DNA of 64,000 nt from Gammaproteobacteria bacterium (GCA_045561295.1 JBJKYD010000012.1:1-64000); one strand, 5' to 3'; counted from the stretch's first letter, positions 38,040 through 49,157 are shown. The notes: a model not told the origin generated them from the letters alone. A program made the numbers and translations.

Positions 38040-39903
38040 AAGTTATCCTATACTTGATCAGGTAGAAACACCCGAGGACATTAGAGTTCTAGATATAAAA
38101 GAACTTGAAAGCCTAGCCTCAGATATAAGGGAATATATTTTAGATACAATTTCTAAAACTGGTGGACACTTAGCTGCCGGATTAGGTACGGTCGAGCTCT
38201 CAATTGCAATTCATTACGTTTTTAACACACCCATAGATAAAATTATTTGGGACATTGGCCATCAGTGTTATCCACATAAAATATTGACAGGCAGAAAAAA
38301 TAAATTGGGTTCAGTGAGAAAATATAAGGGAATCTCAGGTTTTTTAAAAATAAAAGAGAGTGAGTATGATGTATTTGGCGCTGGCCACTCAAGCACATCA
38401 ATCAGTGCTGCTCTAGGTATGGCTATTGCAAGAGATTTTCAAAACAAAAAACACAATATTATTTCCATAATCGGTGACGGAGGCATGACAGCTGGAATGT
38501 CTTATGAGGCGATGTGTCATGCAGGATATTTGAAAACAGATATGCTTGTCGTACTTAATGACAACGAGATGTCAATATCACCAAATGTTGGAGCACTTAA
38601 TAAGTACCTAACCAGGTTAATGTCTGCTATAAAGGAAAAGGGTGATAATCTACTTGATGAGAGAAATCCTATCAAAAAGATTGCAAAAGCTATCAAAGAT
38701 AATACACAAAATATACTAACCCCTGGGCATTTATTTGAAGAGATTGGTTTCAGTTATCATGGTCCTATTGATGGGCATGACCTACGGTCTCTCAATAAAG
38801 TATTAAAAAATTTGAAAAGTAAGAAAGGTCCGATATTACTCCATGTTATTACTAAAAAAGGTAAAGGCTATAAAATAGCGGAGAAAAATCCAATAAAATA
38901 TCATGGAGTCACGCCATTTGATATTGCTACAGGCGCTGCTGACAAACCTAAGCTTAAAAACTCTCTTACATATACAAATATTTTTACTAAATGGATTAAT
39001 TATTCAGCTCAATATAATGAAAATTTTGTAGCTATTACACCTGCAATGAGAGAGGGTTCTGGTTTAGTGGAATTTGAGGAAAACTATCCGAAAAGATTTT
39101 TCGATGTTGGTATTGCAGAACAACACTCCGTAACTCTTGCTGCCGGATTGGCTATTGGTGGATTAAAGCCAATCGTTGCAATCTATTCAACATTTCTTCA
39201 AAGAGCATATGATCAGTTAATACATGATGTTAATCTTCAGAATTTAAATGTTATGTTTGCCATTGATAGAGCAGGCCTTGTAGGTGCAGATGGTGAAACT
39301 CATCATGGTATATATGATATCTCTTTTATGAGAGTACTTCCTAATATTGTTATCATGACTCCCTCCAATGAAAATGAAATGTGGATGATGTTGAATACAG
39401 GTTTACAGTTTGAGGGACCATCTGCAATTAGATATCCGAGAGGTAATTCATCTGGTAACGAAGTTATAATTACAGACGAAACTATTGAAGTAGGTAAATC
39501 ATTAACTGTTTGTGAAGGAGGTACTATAGCAATATTAGTTTTTGGTGAGCTTTTGAATAATGTCTTTGATATATCAAAAAGACTATCACTAACGCTTATT
39601 GATATGAGATTTGCAAAGCCTTTAGATACAAAAAAAATAAACGAATTGTCTAAAACTCACAAATATTTTATCACACTAGAAGATAATGTCGTGATAGGAG
39701 GTGCGGGCTCTGCAGTAAATGAACATATAATGCAAAACGGTTTAGATATAAATATTATAAATTTAGGTATCCCTGACAAAATTATTTCTCATGGTAGTCA
39801 AGACGAACTTTATTCCGAAATTGGCTTGGATAAGAAATCATTAGAAATAAAAATAAATGAGTTATACAATTACATCTCTAAAAACGAAAAAGTGCTTAAA
39901 TAA
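38029..39903 (+). CDS. dxs: 1-deoxy-D-xylulose-5-phosphate synthase
   Basis: GGH....LG.VEL, WD.GHQ.Y.HK.LTGR, GHSSTSISA, GDG, DVGIAEQH, STFLQRAYDQ. Confidence 0.97.
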   Translation: MKNKSYPILDQVETPEDIRVLDIKELESLASDIREYILDTISKTGGHLAAGLGTVELSIAIHYVFNTPIDKIIWDIGHQCYPHKILTGRKNKLGSVRKYKGISGFLKIKESEYDVFGAGHSSTSISAALGMAIARDFQNKKHNIISIIGDGGMTAGMSYEAMCHAGYLKTDMLVVLNDNEMSISPNVGALNKYLTRLMSAIKEKGDNLLDERNPIKKIAKAIKDNTQNILTPGHLFEEIGFSYHGPIDGHDLRSLNKVLKNLKSKKGPILLHVITKKGKGYKIAEKNPIKYHGVTPFDIATGAADKPKLKNSLTYTNIFTKWINYSAQYNENFVAITPAMREGSGLVEFEENYPKRFFDVGIAEQHSVTLAAGLAIGGLKPIVAIYSTFLQRAYDQLIHDVNLQNLNVMFAIDRAGLVGADGETHHGIYDISFMRVLPNIVIMTPSNENEMWMMLNTGLQFEGPSAIRYPRGNSSGNEVIITDETIEVGKSLTVCEGGTIAILVFGELLNNVFDISKRLSLTLIDMRFAKPLDTKKINELSKTHKYFITLEDNVVIGGAGSAVNEHIMQNGLDINIINLGIPDKIISHGSQDELYSEIGLDKKSLEIKINELYNYISKNEKVLK

Positions 39904-40272
39904 ATGTTTAAACTAATTGTAAAAAAGGAATTTTCATCAGCCCATATACTTCATGGTCATCCAGGAAACTGTAAAAGAATGCATGGGCATAACTGGCTTG
40001 TTGAGGCAGAAGTTCAAGGAGATAATACCAACGAAATTGGTATGGTAATAGATTTTAAAGATATTAAAAATAACCTTAAAGAAATAATTTCTAATCTAGA
40101 TCATCAATTTCTTAACGATTTAGAACCTTTTATCAATGAAAACCCAACAGCAGAAAATATATCGAAATATATTTATAAAGAACTATCAAATAATATTAAT
40201 ACTGATAATATAAAAGTCAGTAAAATAAAACTGTGGGAAACTAGTAACGCAGCAGTAACTTATACAGAGTGA
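39904..40272 (+). CDS. queD: 6-carboxytetrahydropterin synthase QueD
   Basis: F.SAH.L....[30 protein letters not shown]. Confidence 0.92.
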   Translation: MFKLIVKKEFSSAHILHGHPGNCKRMHGHNWLVEAEVQGDNTNEIGMVIDFKDIKNNLKEIISNLDHQFLNDLEPFINENPTAENISKYIYKELSNNINTDNIKVSKIKLWETSNAAVTYTE

Positions 40273-40276
40273 ATAT

Positions 40277-41086
40277 ATGTCAACATCAAAGTCAAAATTA
40301 GAAATTTCAAATTTACCAGATACACAAGGACAGGCTGATACAAGAAATATGCCTATCAATAAAGTAGGAATAAAAGATATTCTACATCCTATGGTTATAA
40401 AACAAAGGTCTGGAAAACAGCAATCAACCATTGCTAACTTTAATATGTATGTAAATCTTCCTCATGATTTCAAAGGAACACACATGTCTAGATTTGTTCA
40501 TATTTTGAATAATCATGAAGAACAAATAACGGTTGATTCATTTAGAAAGATGATTGATGAAATGCTAATACTTTTAGAAGCTGACTCAGGTCATATAGAA
40601 ATGAAGTTTCCATATTTTATAAAAAAAACTGCTCCAGTTTCTAAAGTGCAAAGTCTCCTTGACTATACAGTCTCGTTTATAGGAGAAATTGAAGATGGTA
40701 AATCCAAGCTTAAAGTAAAAGTTTTGGTTCCAGTTACAAGCTTGTGTCCATGCTCAAAGAAAATATCTGAATACGGAGCCCATAATCAAAGATCACATGT
40801 GACTATTACTGTAGCAATAAAAGATTTCATTTGGATTGAAGAAATCATTGATATTGTCGAGAGTGAATCTTCTTCAGAATTATACGGTCTTTTAAAAAGA
40901 CCTGATGAAAAGTTTGTTACAGAGCGAGCTTATGATAATCCAAAGTTTGTTGAAGACATGGTTCGTGATATTGCCGTTCATTTTAAGAATGATGAGAGAG
41001 TAACAGAATATACAGTTGAATCAGAAAATTTTGAATCGATTCACAATCACTCAGCATATGCACAAATTCATAAAGTTAAAGACTAA
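40277..41086 (+). CDS. folE2: GTP cyclohydrolase FolE2
   Basis: [44 protein letters not shown]. Confidence 0.95.
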   Translation: MSTSKSKLEISNLPDTQGQADTRNMPINKVGIKDILHPMVIKQRSGKQQSTIANFNMYVNLPHDFKGTHMSRFVHILNNHEEQITVDSFRKMIDEMLILLEADSGHIEMKFPYFIKKTAPVSKVQSLLDYTVSFIGEIEDGKSKLKVKVLVPVTSLCPCSKKISEYGAHNQRSHVTITVAIKDFIWIEEIIDIVESESSSELYGLLKRPDEKFVTERAYDNPKFVEDMVRDIAVHFKNDERVTEYTVESENFESIHNHSAYAQIHKVKD

Positions 41087-41090
41087 AAAG

Positions 41091-42179
41091 TTATCTAAGT
41101 TTAACGTATAACCCTCTGAGTACCTCGTCTGATGCTAAGCTTTGTATTTGATTGAAGACGTCATCTTCAATAGTAATAAGCGTTGATTCACCAGTTTCAC
41201 CGCCAGCATCGACTTTTATATTCATAACTTCAGATGAATCACTGCCAAATAGGCTCGACAAGAACCCTTTCGCTTCTTTTTCTTTATCATCCAAAGAAAC
41301 TTTAATTAGACCGCTGGTTTGATCCTTTTCAATAATTTTCACTCCCAAAATATCAAGGGAACTCACCACAGAGGGAAAGACTCTTTCATATATATCAGGC
41401 ACGAAGAGCGTTTGAAGGCCTTTTTCATCAGTATATATAGATACTGTCTTTCTAATACCTGTTGTTCTAGCAACTATGTATCCAGAATTTTTAGCTTCAT
41501 CTCCACCTAGATAGATATACATTCTGCTGATCATCTCATTTTGAAATTCCTTATCTCTAGGTCTATTCTGCCATTTGAATTCTGTATCTCCATCTGACAT
41601 GAACTCTTTACCATAGTGTGAAATTACTACATCAAATCCATTTTCTTTTTTTACTATTCTTGTCTTATAGCTATCTCTTGTTTCTGGTGAGACTAGTAGT
41701 GGCACATATCTGCCAACGTATCTTTGTATAATACCCAGTTGTACCTCACTAAGGTTTTCAAGATAATTAGTTCTCATAGATGATATCGTCAAGTCTTCGC
41801 TGAGAATTTGAAATCCCTCCTCTAGCCAGAATGATTTGATTCTCTCCCATAAAAAGATTTTATCCTCAGTTTGGACTGATAAGAACATATCCTGGCCTTG
41901 CTTAAAAAGTTTTATACCTTCAAGTTTTGTATCAATCGTAAAGAGCTTGCTACTATCATTATCTATAACTTCTGGCAATGATAATGCATCTATTGTGTTT
42001 GGTTGGCTAAGATTAGGCGGTATGATCAAGTCAATCTGACCTGATGAATAATCTTCATCTGTTTTATATACAAGTTTTTCATTTCTAGGGTCCGATATAA
42101 CATTTTTAACATAGTCAGACATCCCAGCACATCCTGTTAACGTAAGTACTAATAAAAAGCTAAAAAAATATTTATTCAT
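41091..42179 (-). CDS. bamC: Outer membrane assembly lipoprotein BamC-like
   Basis: Lipobox LTGC, L.IPP.L, W.....FW...GF; directly downstream of dapA. Confidence 0.75.
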   Translation of the reverse strand: MNKYFFSFLLVLTLTGCAGMSDYVKNVISDPRNEKLVYKTDEDYSSGQIDLIIPPNLSQPNTIDALSLPEVIDNDSSKLFTIDTKLEGIKLFKQGQDMFLSVQTEDKIFLWERIKSFWLEEGFQILSEDLTISSMRTNYLENLSEVQLGIIQRYVGRYVPLLVSPETRDSYKTRIVKKENGFDVVISHYGKEFMSDGDTEFKWQNRPRDKEFQNEMISRMYIYLGGDEAKNSGYIVARTTGIRKTVSIYTDEKGLQTLFVPDIYERVFPSVVSSLDILGVKIIEKDQTSGLIKVSLDDKEKEAKGFLSSLFGSDSSEVMNIKVDAGGETGESTLITIEDDVFNQIQSLASDEVLRGLYVKLR

Positions 42180-43059
42180 TTATTATACCAGATTTAATGA
42201 GAGCGTTATTTAATGATTCATCATACTTATCATCCATCCATGTTAAAGGTAGTCTGATGCCTTTTTTTATTAAACCCATTTTGTTTAAACACCACTTCAC
42301 AGGTATCGGATTAGATTCACAAAATAATATATCATGGAGAGTTTCTATTTTGGAATTAATTTCTTCAGCTTTTTCTTTGTTACCTTCAATAGCATACTTA
42401 CACATCATATGCATTTGAAGTGGAGCCACATTCGCTGTTACCGAAATATTTCCAGAAAAGCCATCAATAATATCTGACATTGAAGTCTTGTCATCTCCAG
42501 TGAAAATTTGGATATTTTCCGAGCATAGTTTCATAAGCTTCATAGATCTGTCTTTGTTCCCAGACGCCTCTTTAATTCCTATTATATTATTATGTGTAGA
42601 TAATCTCTGAACAGTTTCTGGAAGCATGTCTACAGATGTTCTTCCAGGTACATTGTATAATATTTGAGGAATAGCAACGGTGTCAGCAATTTTTTTATAA
42701 TGCTGAAAAAGTCCTTCTTGAGTTGGCTTGTTATAATAAGGGGTTACCAATAAGCAACCATCAGCGCCATTTTTTTTTGCACTTTCAGTAAGTTCAATAG
42801 CTTCTGATGTAGAATTTGCTCCTGTACCGGCAATTACAGGTATCCTACCTTTGACTAATTCAATAGTTGTCTTGATTACGCTAGAATGTTCTTCAAAATC
42901 AAGAGTTGCAGATTCCCCAGTTGTCCCTACAGAAATTATTACATCTGTTTTATTATCTACATGGAATTCTATTAGTTGATGAAGCGAATCAAAGTCAAGT
43001 GAACCATCTGGGTTCATCGGTGTTACTATTGCAACCATACTTCCTTTAAAAATACTCAT
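42172..43059 (-). CDS. dapA: 4-hydroxy-tetrahydrodipicolinate synthase
   Basis: GTTGES, AGTG.NST, PYYNKP.QEG, LYNVPGRT, GIKEA, SNPIPVK. Confidence 0.97.
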   Translation of the reverse strand: MSIFKGSMVAIVTPMNPDGSLDFDSLHQLIEFHVDNKTDVIISVGTTGESATLDFEEHSSVIKTTIELVKGRIPVIAGTGANSTSEAIELTESAKKNGADGCLLVTPYYNKPTQEGLFQHYKKIADTVAIPQILYNVPGRTSVDMLPETVQRLSTHNNIIGIKEASGNKDRSMKLMKLCSENIQIFTGDDKTSMSDIIDGFSGNISVTANVAPLQMHMMCKYAIEGNKEKAEEINSKIETLHDILFCESNPIPVKWCLNKMGLIKKGIRLPLTWMDDKYDESLNNALIKSGIINE

Positions 43060-44120
43060 TTATAACCTGGTGAAGCCTGTTGAGGCCATACATTTAATAT
43101 TGTACTAATTAATACTGCAAGTGGTATAGCAAAGAAAACTCCCCAGATACCCCAAACGGATCCAAAAAATAGTATAGATAATAATATAGCAAATGGGTGA
43201 ATGTTTACAGCATCAGAGAACAAAATAGGCACAACTACATTTCCATCTATTGCCTGTATAATTAGGTGTCCGATAATTATGTACCAAAATTCAGATCCTA
43301 CTGCCCATTGAAAGTATGCAACTAGAACTAATGGGATGGTTACCGCAATCATTCCTACATAAGGAATAATAACTGACAACCCGCATAGGAAACTCAATAG
43401 CAGTGAATAATTAAGACCTAATGATAGAAATAGTATAAAAGAAGCTATCCATACAATTACAATTTCAATAAACTTACATCGAATATAGTTTCCAATTTTG
43501 AGGTTCAATTCTTTGTAAGCTTTTTGGGTAAGATCTAATTTTTTTGGAAAGAATTTTGAAATCCAACCATTAATTGCTTCCTTATCAAATAACATAAAGA
43601 AAATCATTATTGGAACTAATATTGCATAAACAATTACAGCAAATAGCCCCCCTGCTGATGCTAGTGAAAAAGTAAATATAGAATTTCCTAACTTTGATGT
43701 TTCACCTTGTAAACCCAGAAATATACTATCGATGTAATCTTTTGGCATGTATTCATTCTCATCATATAACCCTAAAATAAATTGTTTACTTTTATTAAAT
43801 ATTTCTGGGAGTGATTTAACAAATAATGTAAGTTGATCTAGAAGTAAAGGTAGCAGCATAAATAATGTTAAAATGCTCAAAATTAAAAATACAAGAAAGA
43901 CGATTACCACGGAAAACTTTCGAACTAAATTACTAATTTTCATTAGGTACTGTACTAATCCCTCTAACATATAAGCAAGAACTATGGCCACTAAAATAGG
44001 CGCTATAGTGTTGATGAGTATGTACGTTATGAGTACAGAAAATATCAATACTATCGCTAAAGAAACTTGATTTGGATCAGTAAAGTTATTTGTATACCAG
44101 TCTTTTATTAACTTTAACAT
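43056..44120 (-). CDS. AI-2E family transporter (PerM-like)
   Basis: Multi-TM; VP..FF.L.D, IPY.G, IQ..DGN..VP..FS.AV..HP, WG.WG.FFAIP. Confidence 0.88.
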   Translation of the reverse strand: MLKLIKDWYTNNFTDPNQVSLAIVLIFSVLITYILINTIAPILVAIVLAYMLEGLVQYLMKISNLVRKFSVVIVFLVFLILSILTLFMLLPLLLDQLTLFVKSLPEIFNKSKQFILGLYDENEYMPKDYIDSIFLGLQGETSKLGNSIFTFSLASAGGLFAVIVYAILVPIMIFFMLFDKEAINGWISKFFPKKLDLTQKAYKELNLKIGNYIRCKFIEIVIVWIASFILFLSLGLNYSLLLSFLCGLSVIIPYVGMIAVTIPLVLVAYFQWAVGSEFWYIIIGHLIIQAIDGNVVVPILFSDAVNIHPFAILLSILFFGSVWGIWGVFFAIPLAVLISTILNVWPQQASPGYK

Positions 44121-44205
44121 TATTTTAGTTTTGTTTAATTATTGATATATGATACATACAAACATGTTAAACTTAAACACATAATAGAAACTTAATATAT
44201 TCTTA

Positions 44206-45462
44206 ATGAAAGCATCAAAATATCCATTATTTACTCAAAAAAATAATCCTTCAGATGCAGAAATTATAAGTCATAAATTAATGCTAAAAGCAGGTCTCAT
44301 TAGGCAACAATCTTCTGGTCAGTATAGCTTTCTCCCAGTTGGGTATCGTGTCTTAAAGAAAATTGAAAATATCATAAGAGAAGAGATGAATGCTATAGGT
44401 TCTGCTGAAATACTTATGCCATCAGTCCAACCCTCAGAGTTGTGGGAAGAATCAGGTCGATGGGAAACATATGGCTTAGAATTACTTCGGCTGAAAGATA
44501 GACATCAAAGAGACTATTGTTTAGGGCCAACTTTTGAGGAAGTAATAACAGACTTAGTTAGAAAAGATTTAAATAGCTATAAACAATTGCCTATTAATAT
44601 GTATCAAATTTCCTCAAAATTTAGAGATGAGATTAGACCAAGATTTGGAATCATGCGTGCAAGAGAATTCATAATGAAAGATGCATATTCATTTCATTTG
44701 AATCAAGAATGCCTTGATGAATGGTATGAAAATTATAAAAAAGCTTACAACAAAATTTTTACTCGATTACAACTTGAATACACAATGGTTGATGCTGATA
44801 GTGGAAACATAGGTGGCAGTAAATCAAATGAATTCCATGTTATTGCTGATACAGGTGAAGATGATTTATTGATTGACCAAGACGGTATTGGTGTTAATTA
44901 TGAAATTGCAAAAACAAAATATAATTCTGATGATATCAAAAAAATTATTAATGAAAATAATCTAGTTCATAAGAAAGGTATCGAAGTTGGGCATATCTTT
45001 AAGCTCGGAGATAAATATAGTAAAGCAATGAATCTATCAATTGCTGATGTAGAATCAAAAATATGCAATATAGAAATGGGTTGCTATGGTATAGGCGTCT
45101 CAAGAATAATTGCTGCAGCAATAGAACAAAATCATGATGATAAAGGAATAGTTTGGCCCGCAACCATAGCTCCATTCAAAATTGTAATTATTGAAATAGA
45201 TGGTCATAAGAATGAATCTGTTAGAATATATTCTTCTGAACTTTATGAAAAACTATCTGCAAAAGGCGTTGAGGTTATTTTAGATGATAGAAATTCTAAG
45301 CTTGGAAATAAACTTAATGATTGGGAATTAATTGGCATTCCTAATATTGCGATAGTTGGAAAATCTGAGGCAGAGACTAAGTCTGTGACTTTCAAGAAAC
45401 GAGGTCAAGATGATAAGAGCAGTCTATCGATTGAGAATTTAATAAAAATTACTTCAGATTAA
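44206..45462 (+). CDS. proS: Proline--tRNA ligase, short form without editing insertion
   Basis: SH.LM.KAG.I, LW.ESGRW, KFRDEIRPRFG.MR.REF.MKDAYSF, GIEVGHIF.LG.KYS, MGCYGIG.SR. Confidence 0.96.
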   Translation: MKASKYPLFTQKNNPSDAEIISHKLMLKAGLIRQQSSGQYSFLPVGYRVLKKIENIIREEMNAIGSAEILMPSVQPSELWEESGRWETYGLELLRLKDRHQRDYCLGPTFEEVITDLVRKDLNSYKQLPINMYQISSKFRDEIRPRFGIMRAREFIMKDAYSFHLNQECLDEWYENYKKAYNKIFTRLQLEYTMVDADSGNIGGSKSNEFHVIADTGEDDLLIDQDGIGVNYEIAKTKYNSDDIKKIINENNLVHKKGIEVGHIFKLGDKYSKAMNLSIADVESKICNIEMGCYGIGVSRIIAAAIEQNHDDKGIVWPATIAPFKIVIIEIDGHKNESVRIYSSELYEKLSAKGVEVILDDRNSKLGNKLNDWELIGIPNIAIVGKSEAETKSVTFKKRGQDDKSSLSIENLIKITSD

Positions 45463-45764
45463 TCTAGAAATCTATAGTTATCTTTTTGTTTTTCGTATTG
45501 CTCAATAGCCATATTAGCTTCATTGAGTGCTTTTTTTGCAAGAACAGTTGATTTTTTGTAATCTTTTTTATCGTGTGCTTTTTTAGCCTTTTTAATTATC
45601 TTTTTAGTATCTCTCCATGCATTTTTTAATTTAAGAGCTTTTTTATAATTTATCTCAGCTTCTTTAATAATCTTTGATGATGTGGCTTGGTCATATGTAT
45701 TTGCAGCTATATTGAGTGCAGGCACAAGAAGAATTAATGCGATTAATATATTAAGACCTTTCAT
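45459..45764 (-). CDS. Secreted helical protein resembling SoxXA-binding protein SoxK
   Basis: Signal peptide; AE...KKA.....AWRDT.K.IKKAK.A....DY......A.KA...A..A..Q. Confidence 0.55.
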   Translation of the reverse strand: MKGLNILIALILLVPALNIAANTYDQATSSKIIKEAEINYKKALKLKNAWRDTKKIIKKAKKAHDKKDYKKSTVLAKKALNEANMAIEQYEKQKDNYRFLD

Positions 45765-46165
45765 TAGTTGTTCTCCAAAAATTTTATGTCTGATTCCTCT
45801 CTATAACCGACTACCCATAGACCTCGATTTTTTGCATATGTCTGAGCGCTCTCTTTCGCGGCAGAAGAAATATTTTTATGTATTATGATGCTTTGACCTG
45901 GCAAAATCAAATCTGCATCATATATTTTATCTACATTATTTTTGTATATATTTGGCCAATAAAATGGGTTCCCATAATGCATTGACGCTATACTCCATAA
46001 TGAATCACCATACTCTACAGTATGAAATTCATGAATATTTGAATCCGCTTGAATTGTCGAAAAGTTAGATGTGCCCTCAATATTAGCCACATTAGATGAA
46101 CAAGAAGAGATCAATAAAAAGCAGCTGAATGAAAATATTTTAAAACTATTCTTTTTAATGCTCAT
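45764..46165 (-). CDS. LysM domain lipoprotein
   Basis: Lipobox-like ISSC; HTV..GDSLW.IA...YGNP..WP.IY..N...I.DADLI.PGQ. Confidence 0.85.
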   Translation of the reverse strand: MSIKKNSFKIFSFSCFLLISSCSSNVANIEGTSNFSTIQADSNIHEFHTVEYGDSLWSIASMHYGNPFYWPNIYKNNVDKIYDADLILPGQSIIIHKNISSAAKESAQTYAKNRGLWVVGYREESDIKFLENN

Positions 46166-46183
46166 AACAGGTATCCTAATTAC

Positions 46184-46747
46184 ATGAAAGACATATTAAT
46201 TCTATATTACTCAAAGAATGATTCAACTAAAAGAATGGCTCGTGCAATATCAAGAGGTATAGAATCGGTATCAAACACAACTGCTATAATAAGGACAGTA
46301 AAATCAAAACATTACAGTGAAAGTGATGACCTGCTCGTGAACAAAGATGACTTAAAAAACTGTTCTGGCATGATTATTGGAAGCCCGACTCATTTTGGTA
46401 ATATGGCAGCACCATTAAAAGAATTTTTTGATAGTACAACAGAAGAATGGCTCAACAATACCCTAGAAAGTAAATTAGGTGGCGTTTTTACTTCAACCTC
46501 AAGTATGCATGGAGGTCAAGAAACCACTCTTTTAAGCATGATGCTTCCATTGCTTCATCATGGTATGTTGATTGCAGGCGTACCCTACAGTGAAAAAGCA
46601 TTGTCCTCTACAAAATCTGGCGGAACGCCATATGGCCCTACTCATGTAGCTCACAATCAAAAAAGTGAGTTGACAGCTGAGGAAAAAATAATATGCATGT
46701 CCTATGGAAAAAGATTTGCTGAGATTGTATGTGATTTGAAAAATTAA
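46184..46747 (+). CDS. wrbA: NAD(P)H:quinone oxidoreductase WrbA
   Basis: LYYS...ST, GSPT.FGNMA, FTSTSSMHGGQETT, LLHHGM, GGTPYG. Confidence 0.92.
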   Translation: MKDILILYYSKNDSTKRMARAISRGIESVSNTTAIIRTVKSKHYSESDDLLVNKDDLKNCSGMIIGSPTHFGNMAAPLKEFFDSTTEEWLNNTLESKLGGVFTSTSSMHGGQETTLLSMMLPLLHHGMLIAGVPYSEKALSSTKSGGTPYGPTHVAHNQKSELTAEEKIICMSYGKRFAEIVCDLKN

Positions 46748-47433
46748 CTTGCTAGTTTACTAATGGCTTTTTTTATAAAAGGTATCGTTACTCTTTTTTT
46801 CATAGACAACGATGCATTATCAAGCGTCCTTATAAATGCACAAAGAAAAAATAAATCGCGACTACAATTGTTAATAATATAATTAAAAACCTTCTCTGAA
46901 ACGACTAAACCTCTCTCTGAGCAATATGACATAAGAAGTTTTATCTTATTTTCATCATCAAGGTCTTTAATATGAAATATTTTATCAGATAGTAATCTTG
47001 ACAATAAATCACTTAAACCTATGCCACAAGTCTCGATCTTATCTGTTGAAGTAATAACAACTGACTTCTTATGTAATATTTGATTATCTATAAGAGTAAA
47101 TAATATTTCTTCAGTTTTGCGATTAGAACTTATCTTATCAATATCATCAATTATTACTAAATCATAATAATCTGACATTGATAAGGTATTAAAATCTGTC
47201 TGTTGATTGACACAAATAGAATTGATTAGTTCTAAGTTCATCAAAGCTTCAGATATATGAGATTTTCCTGAGGATTTTGAACCGTAAATTAAAATTAACT
47301 GATTCTCATTATTGATACTTTTGAGTGAGTCAAATAAATCTTGATTATTGCCAACAATGAAGTTATCGAAGGTTTTATTTGAGTAAAAACCAAAGTTTAT
47401 TGGAATTTGATCATATAGAAGGTCTTGTGTCAT
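46744..47433 (-). CDS. hda: DnaA regulatory inactivator Hda
   Basis: QIP.NF clamp motif, TFDNF..G.N, G....GKSH, IDD, DL.SRL, TIPF.K; divergent from purM. Confidence 0.85.
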   Translation of the reverse strand: MTQDLLYDQIPINFGFYSNKTFDNFIVGNNQDLFDSLKSINNENQLILIYGSKSSGKSHISEALMNLELINSICVNQQTDFNTLSMSDYYDLVIIDDIDKISSNRKTEEILFTLIDNQILHKKSVVITSTDKIETCGIGLSDLLSRLLSDKIFHIKDLDDENKIKLLMSYCSERGLVVSEKVFNYIINNCSRDLFFLCAFIRTLDNASLSMKKRVTIPFIKKAISKLAS

Positions 47434-47485
47434 TTCAGTATCTATAGTAATTTCTTTGAGCTATAATTATAACCTATCTGGTGCT

Positions 47486-48526
47486 ATGAGTAGTAAGCAA
47501 AAAAAGAAAATAAATTACCAAGGTGCTGGAGTCAGTATCCACAGAGCTGACAAACTTATAGATTCAATTAAATCCAAAGCCGAAAAAAAAGATAGGAACG
47601 TAATATCGGGTATAGGTGGTTTTTCTAGTCTTTATAAAATTGATAAAAAGATTAATGATCCTGTAATTGTATCTGGAACAGATGGCGTAGGGACAAAACT
47701 CAAAATAGCTAAAGTATTAAAGAATCATAAATACATTGGTCAAGATCTAGTAGCAATGTGCGTAAATGATGTTATTACGAGTGGTGCAAAACCATTATTC
47801 TTCCTAGATTATTTAGCTACTAGCAAGATAGATCATAAAGTTCACTCGGATGTACTAAGAGGCATTAATAATGCCTGTAAGAAGTGCAAAATGACCTTGA
47901 TTGGTGGTGAAACTGCTGAGATGCCTGGAATGTACAATGGTAAAGACTATGATCTTGCAGGTTTCTGTGTCGGGATTGTCTCCCAAAAAGAGATAATACA
48001 AAATAAGCTTATTAAAGAAAGTGATGTTATCTTAGGATTATCTTCAAACGGACTTCACTCTAATGGCTATTCCCTCATCAATAAACTTATCGAAAAAAGA
48101 AGGCTGAAATTAAAAAATGTATTTGGATCAATGCCTGTAGGTAACTATTTAATAAAGCCAACAAAACTATATGTAGGTATAATCTCAGAGCTGTTAAAAA
48201 AAATTAAAATAAATGGTTTGGCTCATATTACAGGTGGAGGTATTACTGATAATATTCCAAGAATTTTGCCTGATAAGCTTTCTGCGTGTATAAATTTATA
48301 TTCTCTAAAGATTCCAAAAATATTTAGATATATACAGGAGCTATCTAAGATAAATGACAAAGAATTGTTAAAAACTTTTAATTGCGGCATAGGTATGGCG
48401 GTAATAATTGATAAAAAATATCTATCTAAAGCTCACTCGGTTTTAAAACAACATAAGACTTCATATAAAATAATTGGTCAAGTCGTAAGAAAGCCATCTG
48501 ATTCTAAAATAATTTATGTCGACTAA
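47486..48526 (+). CDS. purM: AIR synthetase
   Basis: Y..AGV, TDGVGTK, DLVAMCVND, PLFFLDY, GGETAEMPG, G.HSNGYSL, HITGGG, TFNCGIG. Confidence 0.97.
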   Translation: MSSKQKKKINYQGAGVSIHRADKLIDSIKSKAEKKDRNVISGIGGFSSLYKIDKKINDPVIVSGTDGVGTKLKIAKVLKNHKYIGQDLVAMCVNDVITSGAKPLFFLDYLATSKIDHKVHSDVLRGINNACKKCKMTLIGGETAEMPGMYNGKDYDLAGFCVGIVSQKEIIQNKLIKESDVILGLSSNGLHSNGYSLINKLIEKRRLKLKNVFGSMPVGNYLIKPTKLYVGIISELLKKIKINGLAHITGGGITDNIPRILPDKLSACINLYSLKIPKIFRYIQELSKINDKELLKTFNCGIGMAVIIDKKYLSKAHSVLKQHKTSYKIIGQVVRKPSDSKIIYVD

Positions 48527-49157
48527 GAGATGTGTAGTTTTATTTTCTGGGAATGGCTCTAATGTTGAGAATCTTTTGAATAAACGCGATGTAGTTGAAG
48601 ATAAGCTAAGTTATATCTCAGCTTTCACAGATAATGCAAAAGCAAAAGGAATAGAGATTTGCAAAAAATTTAATTTAGATATTTGTGTAGGGAGAAAAGA
48701 TACACTCAATGAAGATTTAAATAAGTTTCTTGATGATAATAATCCTGACCTAATAATACTGTCAGGATATATGAAAATAGTTACAGAATTAATAGTAAAC
48801 AAATATTTAGGGAAAATAATTAATATACACCCCTCCTTATTACCTAAATATCCAGGATTAAATACCTATGAAAAAGTGATAGAAAATAATGATCAATATC
48901 ATGGTGCGACAGTCCATTTTGTTACAAAAGATTTAGATGAAGGGCCCATAATATTACAAGGTTCATTTCCCGTTAAAGAAGGAATGACAAAAGCTGAGCT
49001 TGAGAAATTTACACACAAAACTGAATATATTATATTTCCAATAGTGGTGGAATGGTTTGCTGAGAATGTAATTCAATATAAAGAAGGAAACATTTATTTA
49101 AAAGATAAACTCATAACTGAACCTATTGTTTATCAAGTTAATGTAAGTAATGATTAA
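48516..49157 (+). CDS. purN: GAR transformylase
   Basis: SG.GSN, INIHPSLLP.Y.G, GATVHFV...LD.GPII.Q. Confidence 0.94.
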   Translation: MSTKRCVVLFSGNGSNVENLLNKRDVVEDKLSYISAFTDNAKAKGIEICKKFNLDICVGRKDTLNEDLNKFLDDNNPDLIILSGYMKIVTELIVNKYLGKIINIHPSLLPKYPGLNTYEKVIENNDQYHGATVHFVTKDLDEGPIILQGSFPVKEGMTKAELEKFTHKTEYIIFPIVVEWFAENVIQYKEGNIYLKDKLITEPIVYQVNVSND

